Assembly: GCA_951406725.2 (NCBI GenBank)
Contig: OX597832.1
Coordinates: forward strand, 36,766,001-36,830,000
DNA length: 64,000 bases
Reading direction: 5' to 3'
DNA from: Octopus vulgaris
Taxonomy: Eukaryota
Both the position numbers and the translations under genes were made by a program. Below, in pieces: positions 13,885-25,943 of the stretch (the first letter of the stretch is position 1; every line of letters begins with the position of its first letter). The notes below the pieces were generated by a model that was given only the letters and a program-made list of their open reading frames with translations, made no database searches and was not told the DNA's origin.

Positions 13885-14250
13885 GCATGGCTGCATGGTA
13901 AGAAGTTTGCCTCTCAATCACATGGTTCCAGGTTCAGTCCCACTGCATAACACCTTGGGCAAGTGTCTTCTACTATAGTTTTAGGCCAACCAAAACATTA
14001 TGAGTGGATTTGGTAGGTGGAAACTGAAAGAAGCCTGTTGTGTGTGTATGTGTTGGTGTTTGTCCCCACCACCATCACTTGACAACTGATGTTGGTGTGT
14101 TTACTCCTCCATAATTTAGCAGTTCAGCAAAAGAGACCAATGGGTTAAGTACCAGGCTCTAAAAGAATAAGTCTTGGGGCCAATTTCTTCAACAAAAAAC
14201 ACTTTTTAAGATGGTGCTTCAGCATGGCTACAGTCAAAAGCAAGAATAAA
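13885..14250 (+). mobile_element. tRNA-derived CORE-like SINE
   Basis: Head ggcatggctgcatggtaagaag, B-box-like ggttcagtccc and accttgggcaagtgtcttctactatag; related copies at 2222, 3700, 9450, 51160 and 56800. Confidence 0.8.
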
Positions 14251-17200
14251 GAAATCCTAACAGGTTGTACACCAGCCCCACCCACAAACCAAAAAAATCA
14301 AAAATTAAAGACCAGCCATCTGAATGTATGAGGGGCAGCGTCTACTGCGTGAGTGTATGTGGGGGAGTCGTTTGTGTGTTGGCAGTGTGCATGTATCTGT
14401 GTTTGTGTTCTTCTTTGGAATGCACATATGTGAGTGCATCTGTAATGTGTGTGTGTGTGTGCATGTGTATGTACAGGAGATGCTCGTTTGTGTAATGGTG
14501 TGTGGGTATGCATGCATATCTGTGTGTTGGTAGTGTCTGTGTTGTGTTGTGTTGTGTTGTATGTGTGTGTTTGTGTATGTTAGTAGTATGTGTACGCTTG
14601 TGCGTGCATATCTGGTGTGTATGCAATTGTGTGTTCATGGTGATGTATGCGTTTGTTAGTGGGGTGTGTGTTTATGTGCTTCTATGTTGATGGTTTGTCT
14701 CTGTTATAATGTATGCGTGTGTGATATGGTATTTAGGGTGTGGGTTATATGACTGGTGTTTGTTTATGTGTGTGATTGCCTCTCTAAATTTACATGTGTG
14801 TGTGTGTGTGTGCACTATTTTCTCTCATCAATAATTAGCAATTGCCCACCCCCATCCTCCCCAACAGGAAATAGTGTTGTTTTAAAACTCCAGAAATGAA
14901 AATATTTGAAATTGAATTTAATTCTAACGAATATTTCCCAACACTTCTTATAAATAAATAGAATATAGTGGTGGGGTGGTTTAATACCACTTGCATATTT
15001 AATTAGTATTTTTATTGTTTTTCATCATCATCATCATCACTATAAGCACAAACATCACTACCATCATCATTATCACCATTCCCTATTTTCACCATCATCA
15101 CCACTGTCATTACCACCAACACCTTCACCATTGCCACCACCACTACCATCATCATCATCATCACTCTCACCCAGCCATTACCATCATACTCACCAACACC
15201 TTCATCACTGCCACCACCACCACCATCACTACCACCATTACTATTATTAATGTGCCCCTGCTTCATACAGTGTAACAAGGTCAAGAAAAAAACCCTTGGG
15301 ATTTAGAAAAAAGTATCATTGAAAGGTACTATTTTACTAAATACTATTTTATTTCATTCTGCCTCCATTCTGAACATTCTTCCACCATCTTTTTATAACA
15401 TATGAAGATATCCTCCTTCACACACAATGCCTCTCCCTTCCACCCTTCCTCTAATTCCCTTTCTGCCTTGTTCATTCTCTCTCTCTCCCCCCCTCTCTCT
15501 CTTTCTTAGCTTCTTTCTCTCATTCACACTCTCTCCATTGCTCACATTTTCCACGTGCACCTACAATAACTCAGTCAAGATGTTTTGCCGCTGGCCCAGA
15601 AAATATCAGTTTGAAGCTTTCATGTTTAACTCTTTAGCATTTAAATCGTTTTCTACCTGTTTTTATGTTCAGAACCAGACAGATCTGGCCTCTCACACCT
15701 ACCCTAAAATGTCACTCCCCCCCCCCCCCCATACCCTTGTTTTACCCTCACTGCATTTCCCTCTTTCTTCCTCTCTCCGTTCTTGCACTTCCCTGAACTC
15801 CCTACTCCATCACCTTGAGCAATCCTCAACCGTTCCATTTATATTCACATCCTTGTCTCTTTTGCCTTTTCTTACTCTTATCGAGAGTGAAGCTTGGTGC
15901 CGTTGTCTGGCTTACCAGCTCCTGTCAAACTGTCCAACCCATGCCAGCATGGAAGACTGACATTAAATGATGGTGATGATATATATTTAACAGAGGGACA
16001 AGAACAAGAGTCATGCTATAGAAAGATGCGTGGCTTTCCCCTGCTGAAAAGAGAGACAGAGTCATTGTAGCCTGCTGCCTAAATCCTACTGCTTGTTAGA
16101 TCTTGTCGAAATATCCAACCCAAGCCAGCATGGAAGATGGGCATTACATGTTGAAGATGATTACAGACTCATGCTTAATAGGAAATCTATTGCAACATCC
16201 AAAGAATTTTTGAAAGCCACAAATCAACTGAAATCTTTGTATTCCGATATTTCTGCTTGGAATAAAGTCTTAATAACTAAACCAGAACTAAACAAAGTCA
16301 TTAAAAAGTTGAACAGTAAAACTTAATGACAAATCAAACATCACTGCAGTTGTATAGACATCAGAGGGTACCATAGTAACATGAAAGATTCCAAATATTA
16401 GAGAACCACTGAAATCATTCCCACAGACAAATGAGAATGGTTAAAAGAAATTTCTCAAATCTAAAGATTTTGATGCATATATTTAGTGTGTGAAATCTGT
16501 ATAGTGGTGGAAAGTTCTATTTATGTGCTGCGATGCTTTCCTTTCCCTGATGAGCTAGTTCACTTCGTTTCTTAAACATGTGATTGGCCACCTCCAACAC
16601 CCATGTGATAAGCTCACCTCATGTATATCTGTGTGTATATATTCTGCACATATTTCATCCTCCTTTCTACAATGAGTTCCCTCCCCGTTTCACTGAAATC
16701 CCTTCCTTTTAAAAACCATCTCTCATTCTCAATTATTGTGGCTTCCCACTTAATTTTCAAGTGATTCTCTGTGCCTTGAATTTCTTCCTCCCTCTCTTCT
16801 GAGTTACATCTTAGGACTAGTATACTTCATCTTATCTCCTCTCTTAACTCCTACCATTCTCAGCACCCTTTTCTCATCTTCCTTCAGTGGCCTCTCCCCA
16901 ACCTAGCCACCCCTACATCTGACATCTTTCCCTATCACTATATATATATCCCTACTCTCCCACCTTCCTCATCATCCCCCTCTCTTCTGATCTATCCACA
17001 GGTTTGTTATACTGCTGCTCTCCACTCTGCCTGTGTTGCCATTTATCATTCCCCTTTCCTGTGCCACTCCTATTTCTTTCACCTACCCACCTATACTGAT
17101 GTTTACCATCAACCACCATTCTATCCTTGTTCCCTTCCTAATGTTCACCCCCAACCCCATTTCTAACACTCTATCCTCATCCCTCCACACTTTCTTATGC

Positions 17201-17379
17201 TCACCTTCTCGGAAGTACATTGTAACCCCTCACCATCGCTGTCTTCTCTCCAGCTACTCCCATTCACCCTTACATAATGCAAGGTGGTCCTCTATTATAT
17301 GACACTTGTACCTACCTCTCTGTCTTACATTTATCTCTCAATACCTGGCATAAGGCCTCCTTCTACTACAATTCTGCTT

Positions 17380-17612
17380 AGTCAAGGGGTCTTGTGAGTT
17401 ATTTGGTGACACTCACTAATGTCAGTGTCACAAAAAAAAGCCCCCAATGCACTCTGTAAAGTGGTTGGTGTTAGGCAGGGAATCCAGCCATAGAAACCAT
17501 ACCAGAATAGATATTGGAACAAAATGCTGTCTTTTGACTTGTTGGATCCTGTTAAATCATCCAAGTCACACCAGCATTGAAAATGTATATTAAATGATGA
17601 TGATGATGATGA
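17380..17612 (+). mobile_element. SINE with RTE-type tail ending in (TGA)n
   Basis: cactctgtaaagtggttggtgttaggcagggaatccagccatagaaac...aaatgatgatgatg; related copies near 19740-19990 (+), 23260-23420 (-) and 44220-44560 (-). Confidence 0.7.
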
Positions 17613-17641
17613 ATTTTATGTATGTATAGATAGATAGATGC

Positions 17642-17682
<41 letters not shown>

Positions 17683-18398
17683 CCAGGTGTGGATGTTCTA
17701 TTAGAACAAACTTATTCCTGAATATGTGTGTATAAAAGAAACAAAAAACAACAAAGTGTGGGAGCGATTTATTTAGAACAGTTAAAAATCTAAAACTGTT
17801 GTTCTGTCCAATAAAGCTGCCCTGTAGCATTACACCTGAGTTGCAAAGATAGTAAACTCTCAAAGGTAGTTCAACCCAAGTAAAGTGGTGAATGGTAACT
17901 TTCATATCCATTTTGACTGGAGTTCTTTTTGTTTGTTTTCAGTTTCCAATTATTGAATTACATCAGAAAACAAACTAAAATAACACAAGACTAAAGTTTT
18001 GCTTCCTTAGAGTAAACTTTCAGCATCTGCTGGAATAATTCCTCGTGGAATAAATGGTTATTGGTTGGAGATTGGGTGAGACTAAGAATTATATAAGAGA
18101 AGCAGATCTTCCTAGATATGTGAGAGATTTTACTTGTTATATTGAGCAGGTTGGGCAGACTGTTGTACAGGAATTTCTCCCACTCTCTTTTTCTTTCTTT
18201 CTTTCTTTCTCTCTCTTTCTTTCTCTCTCATATGTATGTAGAATTGTTACAATAGATAGGGTTTATCTTTGATGTGTTTCTGTTGATTGGCTGTAGTGGT
18301 GGTGGTGATTTCTAAATAGCGTTTGTACAAATACATTTACACACCTGCCTCTAGCATTTAGTTAATAAACATAACCAGTTTTCATATAGTAGTAGTAA

Positions 18399-18439
<41 letters not shown>

Positions 18440-18622
18440 AGCATAGCAGTTCTAGTAACAGCTGTTGTTGATGTCTTTCCACACTCAACTTTAACTCTTT
18501 AGATGTATCACTCCGCAGTTAACAAGAACTGTCACAAAGAAACGATCAAGGATTCACTTAGTAGCTGCCATCTATTGGTGAAATATGTACCACACACTTC
18601 CTGGTGGACAAAATCACCAAGA

Positions 18623-18880
18623 GGTAATATTCATCCCTACTTAAATGTGGATGTTCTGTTAGAACAAGCTATACTGTGATAGATACCATGAGAGAAACCC
18701 TCATATTGGCTTTTGGTGGTTTTGGCACTGGAGAAGGCAGAGATTTATCTCCCTGCTCACGATATAAACAACAGTGCATTTTTGCACCATAAGCCAATAT
18801 AAGAGTTTCTTTCTTAGTATCCACTGCAGAATAGTTTGTTCTAACGGAACATCCATGTTTAAGTGAGGATAAATATCACC
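18623..18880. repeat. Imperfect inverted repeat, about 90-bp arms (MITE-like)
   Basis: cttaaatgtggatgttctgttagaacaagctat versus atagtttgttctaacggaacatccatgtttaag; partial extra copy near 17688-17717. Confidence 0.75.
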
Positions 18881-20954
18881 TCCCAGTATTAATACTGCCT
18901 CTGTCACTAATCTAATACAATAATGAGTGTAGTGTTTTCATATATTTGTATGTAAATCACAGAGTAGGAGTTGGACAGAGTAGGAGAAAGAGTAGGGAGA
19001 GGAGAGAAAATAGTAATTCAGTGAAGGAGAAGTAGTGAGAGTAATGGCCCTGACTGAGAGAGAGTGAGAGAAAGTAATAGCAATGGAGAAAGGAAGGGGT
19101 GATAGATGAATAAGGAAGGAAGGTGTGAAGAAATCAGCATTTCAACTCAGTGTGAGTATATGTGTGTGTATGTAAAAGGGAGGTATGTGAATGTTTGTGT
19201 GTATGTGTGTGTATATGCAATGGAAATGGGATGGTGAATGTTCAATGCTGAAAAGAAAAATCAAACAGCATTTCAACTCTGTTTAAGTATATGTGTGTGC
19301 ATGTACAAGGGAAGAATATGAATGTTTCTATCTGATTATTATGTACTTTATTTTATGCCTTATACATATAAAATGAAACAATGCAGTTAAATAGAGCAGC
19401 GGCTTATTGTGCTGGAGTTTACACCCACTGCTCTGATATTTGGCTCAACCCACTTGAAATCTTTACTGATGGAGTTCATCTGTCACTTTGTGGAATATGT
19501 ACCGGACCATCTGGGGATGATAGCTGTGTTATACTGGGGTTCTGATACCTTATTTTGATGTATAAAATAAATTCTTTATTATTGGTGCTTGATGAAAGCA
19601 TTGAACAAAATGCCTTGCAGTATTTTGTTTTGGTTCTTTCTAAGGTTAAATCTTGCCAAGGTAAACTTTTGCTTTCAGCAGCAGCAGTAGTAGTAGTATT
19701 AGTGGTGGTGGTAGTAGCTATTTTCATGATGCGCAACATAAAAAGCACCTGTGCCAGCATCACGTAATAAGCTCCTATGCCGTAACCATTTAAGAGGCCC
19801 CTGAACCAGCCTCAAGTAATAAGCACCTGTGCTGCCACCATGTGGTAAGCTCTCATGCCAGTGCCACATAAAAGCACCTGTACCAGCACCATGTAGAAAG
19901 CACCCAATACACTCTGTAAAGTGGTTGGTGTTAGGGAGGCCATCCAGCCATGGAAACTATGCCAAAACAGATGGAAGGTGCCTGGTGCAGCCCTCCTTCC
20001 AGGAGTCAAACATCAGTCAAACACCGAGGTTCATAAATGTGACTGCTCCTTTCTTTCAAATATGAGACCTCGTGTCTTGTGTAAGAAATCAATATTTTTT
20101 GTTGGAACACTTGCAGTATGAAAGGACTGGACCCAAAGCTTTTATTGTGGCTGTTCATGTCTTTTTGCTTTTTGTTTTTTATAGTAATGTGTGTGTGATG
20201 TTTAATGACTGTATGGATTGTTGTTGGTTATGAACAAAGGTGGAGGGAAAGCAGCAGCGGTTGTTGTGGTGGTTTTGATGTGTTATCGAGGCAGTGATGG
20301 TGGTGGTTTTTATGTGGTGCAGTTACGGTTTTGATGTATTGTGGTGGATATGGTGATTTGGATGCATAGTGGAGATGGTGGTGGTTGAGGTGGTATTGAG
20401 ATGTGTTAGTAGTGTTGTTGTTTCATGGTAGTTTAATGATGATGGAGTAGTCGGTCGTCGCAGCAGTATGCGCAGCAGAGGACATTGGTAGTGTTCTGAA
20501 TGTGATAGTAGTAAGGTTTTGTGCTATGTCATCACAGTAACTGTTTCATTCTGCCTTAATAATGACCAATGTTATAAAGGTTTTCCAGCCATGACTATCC
20601 CATTTTATAGTCAATGTATCTTAAACTACATTATTCAGTGTTTCCTATTCTTTTAAAGAGAGTTGGGTGTGATTTCAAGGAGATTCGGCTGCTATTTCAA
20701 TTAGTTCAAAAGACCACATAGAATAACAGCGATTCAGTATCATGGTGATAAGGTTTGCTGTTGTTTAGCCCCAGGTCAACCCAAATAGAGTAGACTTTAT
20801 ACATAATTCAGTGTAGTCTTTAATGTGTGAATTTAGTTGCTACTTCTAACCGATTAAGCAACTATGCAGAGGTTCCCTTTTGACTATAGTGGTATGTAAT
20901 GGCATAAGTATATCACAGGGGTTTAGCTGTGTGTAATGGTATAATTGCAATGTA

Positions 20955-22222
20955 TTTGGTCATCCCGTAAATAATGTGGATTTTTTTATACTTTTATTTT
21001 TCAGAATTAAGATAAAGTTCTTTTTTAATCTAAAATATACTCTCCTTCATTTTCTACAATGCTCTTCCATCTATTTGGTAGACTTGCAAGGCCCCTCTTC
21101 TGAAATTCACTTGTCTGTGATGAAAAATACTCCTCCAGTTCTGTTCTGACCTAATCTACAGAAAATTCATATTTTTTCCATCTAAATGATTTTGAAGACC
21201 ACGGAATAAATGATAATCAGATGAGGCAAATGTCCAGTGAATATGGTGGGTGGGGCATCATTTCCCATTCAAACTGCTCCAACCCTTGGAATGTCATCCT
21301 TACTGTATGTGGCCAAGCATTATCCTGATGGAAGAATACCTTTCGTCTTGAAACCAAAGATGGTCGTTTTTCTTCTAGTGCTGACTTAAGCCACTCAAGC
21401 TGCTCACAGTAGATCTCCTTTGTTATTGTTTGGTTTGAGTTTAAAAGTTCAAAGTGGACTATCCCACTAAACAGATAACAACACTTTACATGGGTGAAGA
21501 CCTTCTTTTGCCTAGGGTGCCAGTGTTTCTCCTTTCCCTACCCACTGTCTTCGGCGCTTGACAGTTTTATAGAGAACCCATTTCTCATCACTATTCGGTC
21601 CAAAAATGGTTCATTCATGAGACCTGACAGCAAAGAAGAGAACACATTCACTTTCTGCACACGATTAGACTTGGAAAGTTTGTGAGGAACCCATTGACCC
21701 AATTTGCTGACTGTTCTGATGGCATGCAGGTGTTGATGAATGGTTGAATGACCAAATCCGAGCTTCTCTGCTAGTTCCTCAATGGTTACAATGGGATTTT
21801 GTTCCACCAGGGTTTGCAGGATGTCCTCATTGAGCTCTACAGATCTTCCAATATGAGGCTCGTCTTCTGGGCTGTAGTTTTCAGCTCAGAATTTCTGGAA
21901 CCACCGTTGACACTGGCTTACGTTTATTGTCCAATCTCCCATATACTGCATTAATATTCCTCGCACTTTCCGTTGTGTTATTGCTTTTATTGAACTCATA
22001 AAGCAAAATATGCCAAATATGCTCCTTTGTTACTTCCATTATAGCTTTGAAAAAATAACTGTTAAAATCGAACTGCATTCTTCAAAACTTGCACTAAAAG
22101 TAAATACAAGGTAAAATTCCTACCTGCTTTTATAGCAAGTTGGTGCAGGTAGTTTATCCCATCCCTCTCTGAGTTTTAGTTCATGCAATTGAAGAAACCG
22201 CATTATTTATGGGATGACCCAA
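20955..22222 (-). mobile_element. Full-length decayed mariner transposon (1268 bp)
   Basis: TIRs tttggtcatcccgtaaataatgtgg and ccgcattatttatgggatgacccaa; TA at 20953-54 and 22223-24; transposase fragments with WVPHKL, HQDNAWPH and a degenerate YSPDL motif; several frameshifts. Confidence 0.93.
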
Positions 22223-23559
22223 TATGATGGTAAAACTGTGGTGTGTTGTGCAGTTAGTTTGTATGGTATAGCTGTGATGTTTTGCAATATTAGATGTGGT
22301 GTGCAGTGGTATAACTACAGTGCATAGTACTGTAACTGTGTGCATTGGTAGTGATACAGTGTATGCTGAGACAGGTGTGGTGGTGGGGGAGTTAATTCCA
22401 TATAATCTATGAATCACTGCTAGGTCAAATGTTATTCTAATGTTCCATACACTTGTTGTTTATCACATTATCCCATCATGGATTATCCTAGACCAGATTA
22501 ATGTCACCAATCTAAACTCCTAACTAATCTGGATCACACTCACTTTTCATATTCTTCAGTTCTCTCCATAACATCACAACCTGCTTCTTACTCTCCCTTC
22601 TCTCTCTTTTTCTCTCTCTCGCCTTTCCCTTAACTTACTTCCGTTTCTTTTCTTTAACTCATACCCATTTAGACACTCAAACACACATGCATACAATAAA
22701 CATACATATTTACATACAGTCTAGCACAACTCACACACAGACATCTCGACTTATCCACCTCCATTTCCTCCGCTATCTCTTCTTCCTTCTCATTCCCTCT
22801 CACTATTATTACAACACTACACACGCCTGTACCTCCCCCCCATATAACCTAACACATTTTATTACTGCATTCCTCTATCCTCACCCACCTCCTCACCACC
22901 ATCAACCTCTCTTACATCACAACTGAAACAACTGCTATGTTGTTCCTGGAAATCTTCTTTTATATAATAATGTTCTGTAATAATACATTGACATATATTA
23001 GTGTAACTGATGATGAGTGGAGGTGGGGAAGAGCAATGTTGTTATATGAAATACTACCATGTTATTAAGGAGAGAAGAATATTATGCATTCACTGTGTAA
23101 AGTGGATGGTATTAGGAAAGGCATCCTGCCATAGAAACCGTTAAAGATGGATGTTTCAGTGAGGCACTTTCTGACAAAATTCTGTAACTCTAAATAAGGA
23201 TTTAGTCATAGTATGACAACTCAACCAAGCCATACCAGCTTGAAAGACAGAGATATAATCATCATCATCATCATCCATCCGTTTTCCATGATGGCATGGG
23301 TTGGACAGTTTAACAGGAGCTGTACCAGGTTCCATAGTCTGTTTTAGCTTGGTTTCTGTGACAGGGTGCCTTTTCTTATGCCACTTACTCCACAAAGTGT
23401 TACTGGATGCTTTCTATGTGGAACTATCACCAGTATTTTTCCTATGGCACCAATGCTTTTTAAGCAGCACTAGGCCTTTTTATATGGTTTTAGGATGTCT
23501 ACATACTCTCTTTTACTTTAACAGTATAGTAATAATCAGTATCTATCAATCTCAATTAC

Positions 23560-23780
23560 ATGTTGTGTTACGTGTAACTGGGAAATAGCAGTTTGATGTA
23601 GCATGCAGTTGTGTGCCATCCTGGTAACATGCAGTTGTGTGCTGCCAGTGTAACTGTGTTCCACTATACTTGCTGCTCTGTGTCACCAGTGTAACTTGCA
23701 ACTTTGTGCCACAGTTGTGTGTCACCTGTGTAACAGGCATTTGTGCTACTTGTGTAACATGAATTTTTGTGACACTAGTG
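23560..23780. repeat. Degenerate minisatellite, about 23-24-nt unit (gtaacatgcagttgtgtgccacct-like)
   Basis: Recurring gtaac...ttgtgtg(c/t)ca units. Confidence 0.6.
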
Positions 23781-23849
23781 CTCCATACAATTGTGTGCTT
23801 GTATATATTAACATTATACTCCAACTCACGTATATATTTGTGAATATGC

Positions 23850-23881
<32 letters not shown>

Positions 23882-23888
23882 GGTTACT

Positions 23889-24090
23889 CCAAACATGAAC
23901 AAAGAGTAAACACAACAACCCGAGGACGTGGAACAAATATAGTGTTATTGGACGCTCAGGAAAGGAAAGAAAGAATGAGGATTTAATGTTTTGAGCAGAG
24001 CTCTTCATCAGAAATATAGAAAATGGCAAGGTCCAAGGAAGGGAAGACGGAGGAAAAAGAAATCGCCAACGATACACATGCGGTCACATA
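23889..24090 (-). repeat. Uninterrupted paralog of the 7324-7895 hammerhead-like repeat
   Basis: Shares atagtgttat.ggacgctcaggaaagg, gagctcttcatcagaaa and aaggtccaaggaagggaagacggag; GAAA core is mutated to AAAA. Confidence 0.75.
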
Positions 24091-24170
24091 TACACATTCA
24101 CATATGCACATTTGTGTGTGTATATAAACACAGACATGCACACACTCACCTCCCTCCCTCCCTCTCTCTT

Positions 24171-24221
<51 letters not shown>

Positions 24222-25562
24222 AACCTTTTTATATTTACAATTTGTGACTTAAATATGTATGACTTAAAGTTTCACAGATGTAAAAGCAAGTCTGTTCAAG
24301 TATCAATCCAAGTGGTGGGGAAGCCAGAATTTCTTAACAAGGTTATTGTCATTGAATAATGTATACATTTTGTTCTTAATTAGTTTAGTTCTTGTTAGAT
24401 GATGGAGCCAGTGGTCAGATTATTGGTAAATGACATCTAGATGTTATATAGCATCTGCCGAGTGGGAAACAGCTGCCAAATGAGCAAAAGCTAAGTTCTG
24501 GTTCTTTTGTTTTCATTAGAAATTCCAGTAAATTTTTAGTAAAGTATTTGTAGAAGTTATGAAACAGTGCTATAATCTAATTGCTTAAAATTTGCTCATA
24601 CTGATCTCCATGAATGACAGCATTAAGCTGAGCCTTCTTGTTGAGGGATTTGGTGAACTGTTTTAATATGTAGTGTTTCTCAGTAAGACAAAAACTGCAG
24701 TTTACCTAGTTTGAAGGAATTAAGAGGCAGGGAGAGGGCATTGTCAATTATACTCCATGTTGTACTGTGTGGGTCCTTTTCCTGGTCCTGAAGTTTAGAT
24801 AGACGGACACAGAGATGGGGAGTTTCTTTCTCCCACTCCTTCAATATTCTTTCACTTTTGTTTTCCTTCTGCACCACCTTCTCTCTCTTCTGCCTGCTGC
24901 TCCATCTATTGGCTGCTGTGTCTTTTACTAGTTCATTTCCATGTTCTTTGTTCCACTTGGCTGCACTCAGTTAATATTTCATTCTCGCTCAACTGATTTC
25001 TCTGCTGGATGAAGGAAAAAAAAAATAAAACTGGACATTGAGGCTGTTCCTGGGAGATCTTAAATATATTGTCTTGTGTGTGTGTGTGTGCCTGTGTTTG
25101 CCTCAGTCTCAGTATTCTTAGACGCTCTTAATGCATTGCCTGTTTGTGTGTGTTTCTGTCTGCCTCTTTATGTGTCTTTTCTGTGTGTGTTTATAGATGT
25201 TTGTAGCAGATCTTAATGCTTTGTCCTCTCTCTCTCTCTCTAATGGTATGTGCATTATGATGCTGTCCGATATGTTGTGTGTGGTGGTGTACTCTGCTTA
25301 GCAATGTGCATGTGTTGTGTCATGGTGTAGTAGTAGTATGGTATGAGTGGTGTTTCTGTATGTATGGGTGGGTGGGTGGGTGTGTGTTATAGTATGGTAT
25401 TTTCGGTGGCATGGTGTGTAGCAGTGTGGCTACTTTTTATTCATATATTCTGCAAAAATGGTTTCTTTCCTCCTCTCCCCCTCCACTTTCTTGCTCTTCT
25501 TTCTTTTCTATTTGTCATTGGGCATTCATTCACTTGTGTGCACACTCACTCTCTCATTCTTG

Positions 25563-25615
<53 letters not shown>

Positions 25616-25701
25616 TAGTGAGCATCAATAATCTGTCCAACCAGACCCATGCCAAAATTGAAAGAAGTTGGACATAAAGCATCAATGATCGCACACACAC
25701 A

Positions 25702-25792
25702 CAGTCTCTATATCTATATACAGTGATAGACTTACACATAATACTATCACAGAATTACTCATATGATGGTATTTCTGTATACTTCCATACAC

Positions 25793-25838
<46 letters not shown>

Positions 25839-25943
25839 GTGTGTGTGTGTGTGTGCATGGAATTATACAGAAATACCATGATATGAGTAATTCTGTGATA
25901 GTATTATGTGTAAGTCTATCACTGTATATAGATATAGAAACTG
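25702..25943. repeat. Fold-back with about 87-bp arms around a (TA)n(GT)n loop
   Basis: tatatctatatacagtgatagacttacacataatactatcacagaattactcatat has its exact reverse complement at about 25881-25936. Confidence 0.9.
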
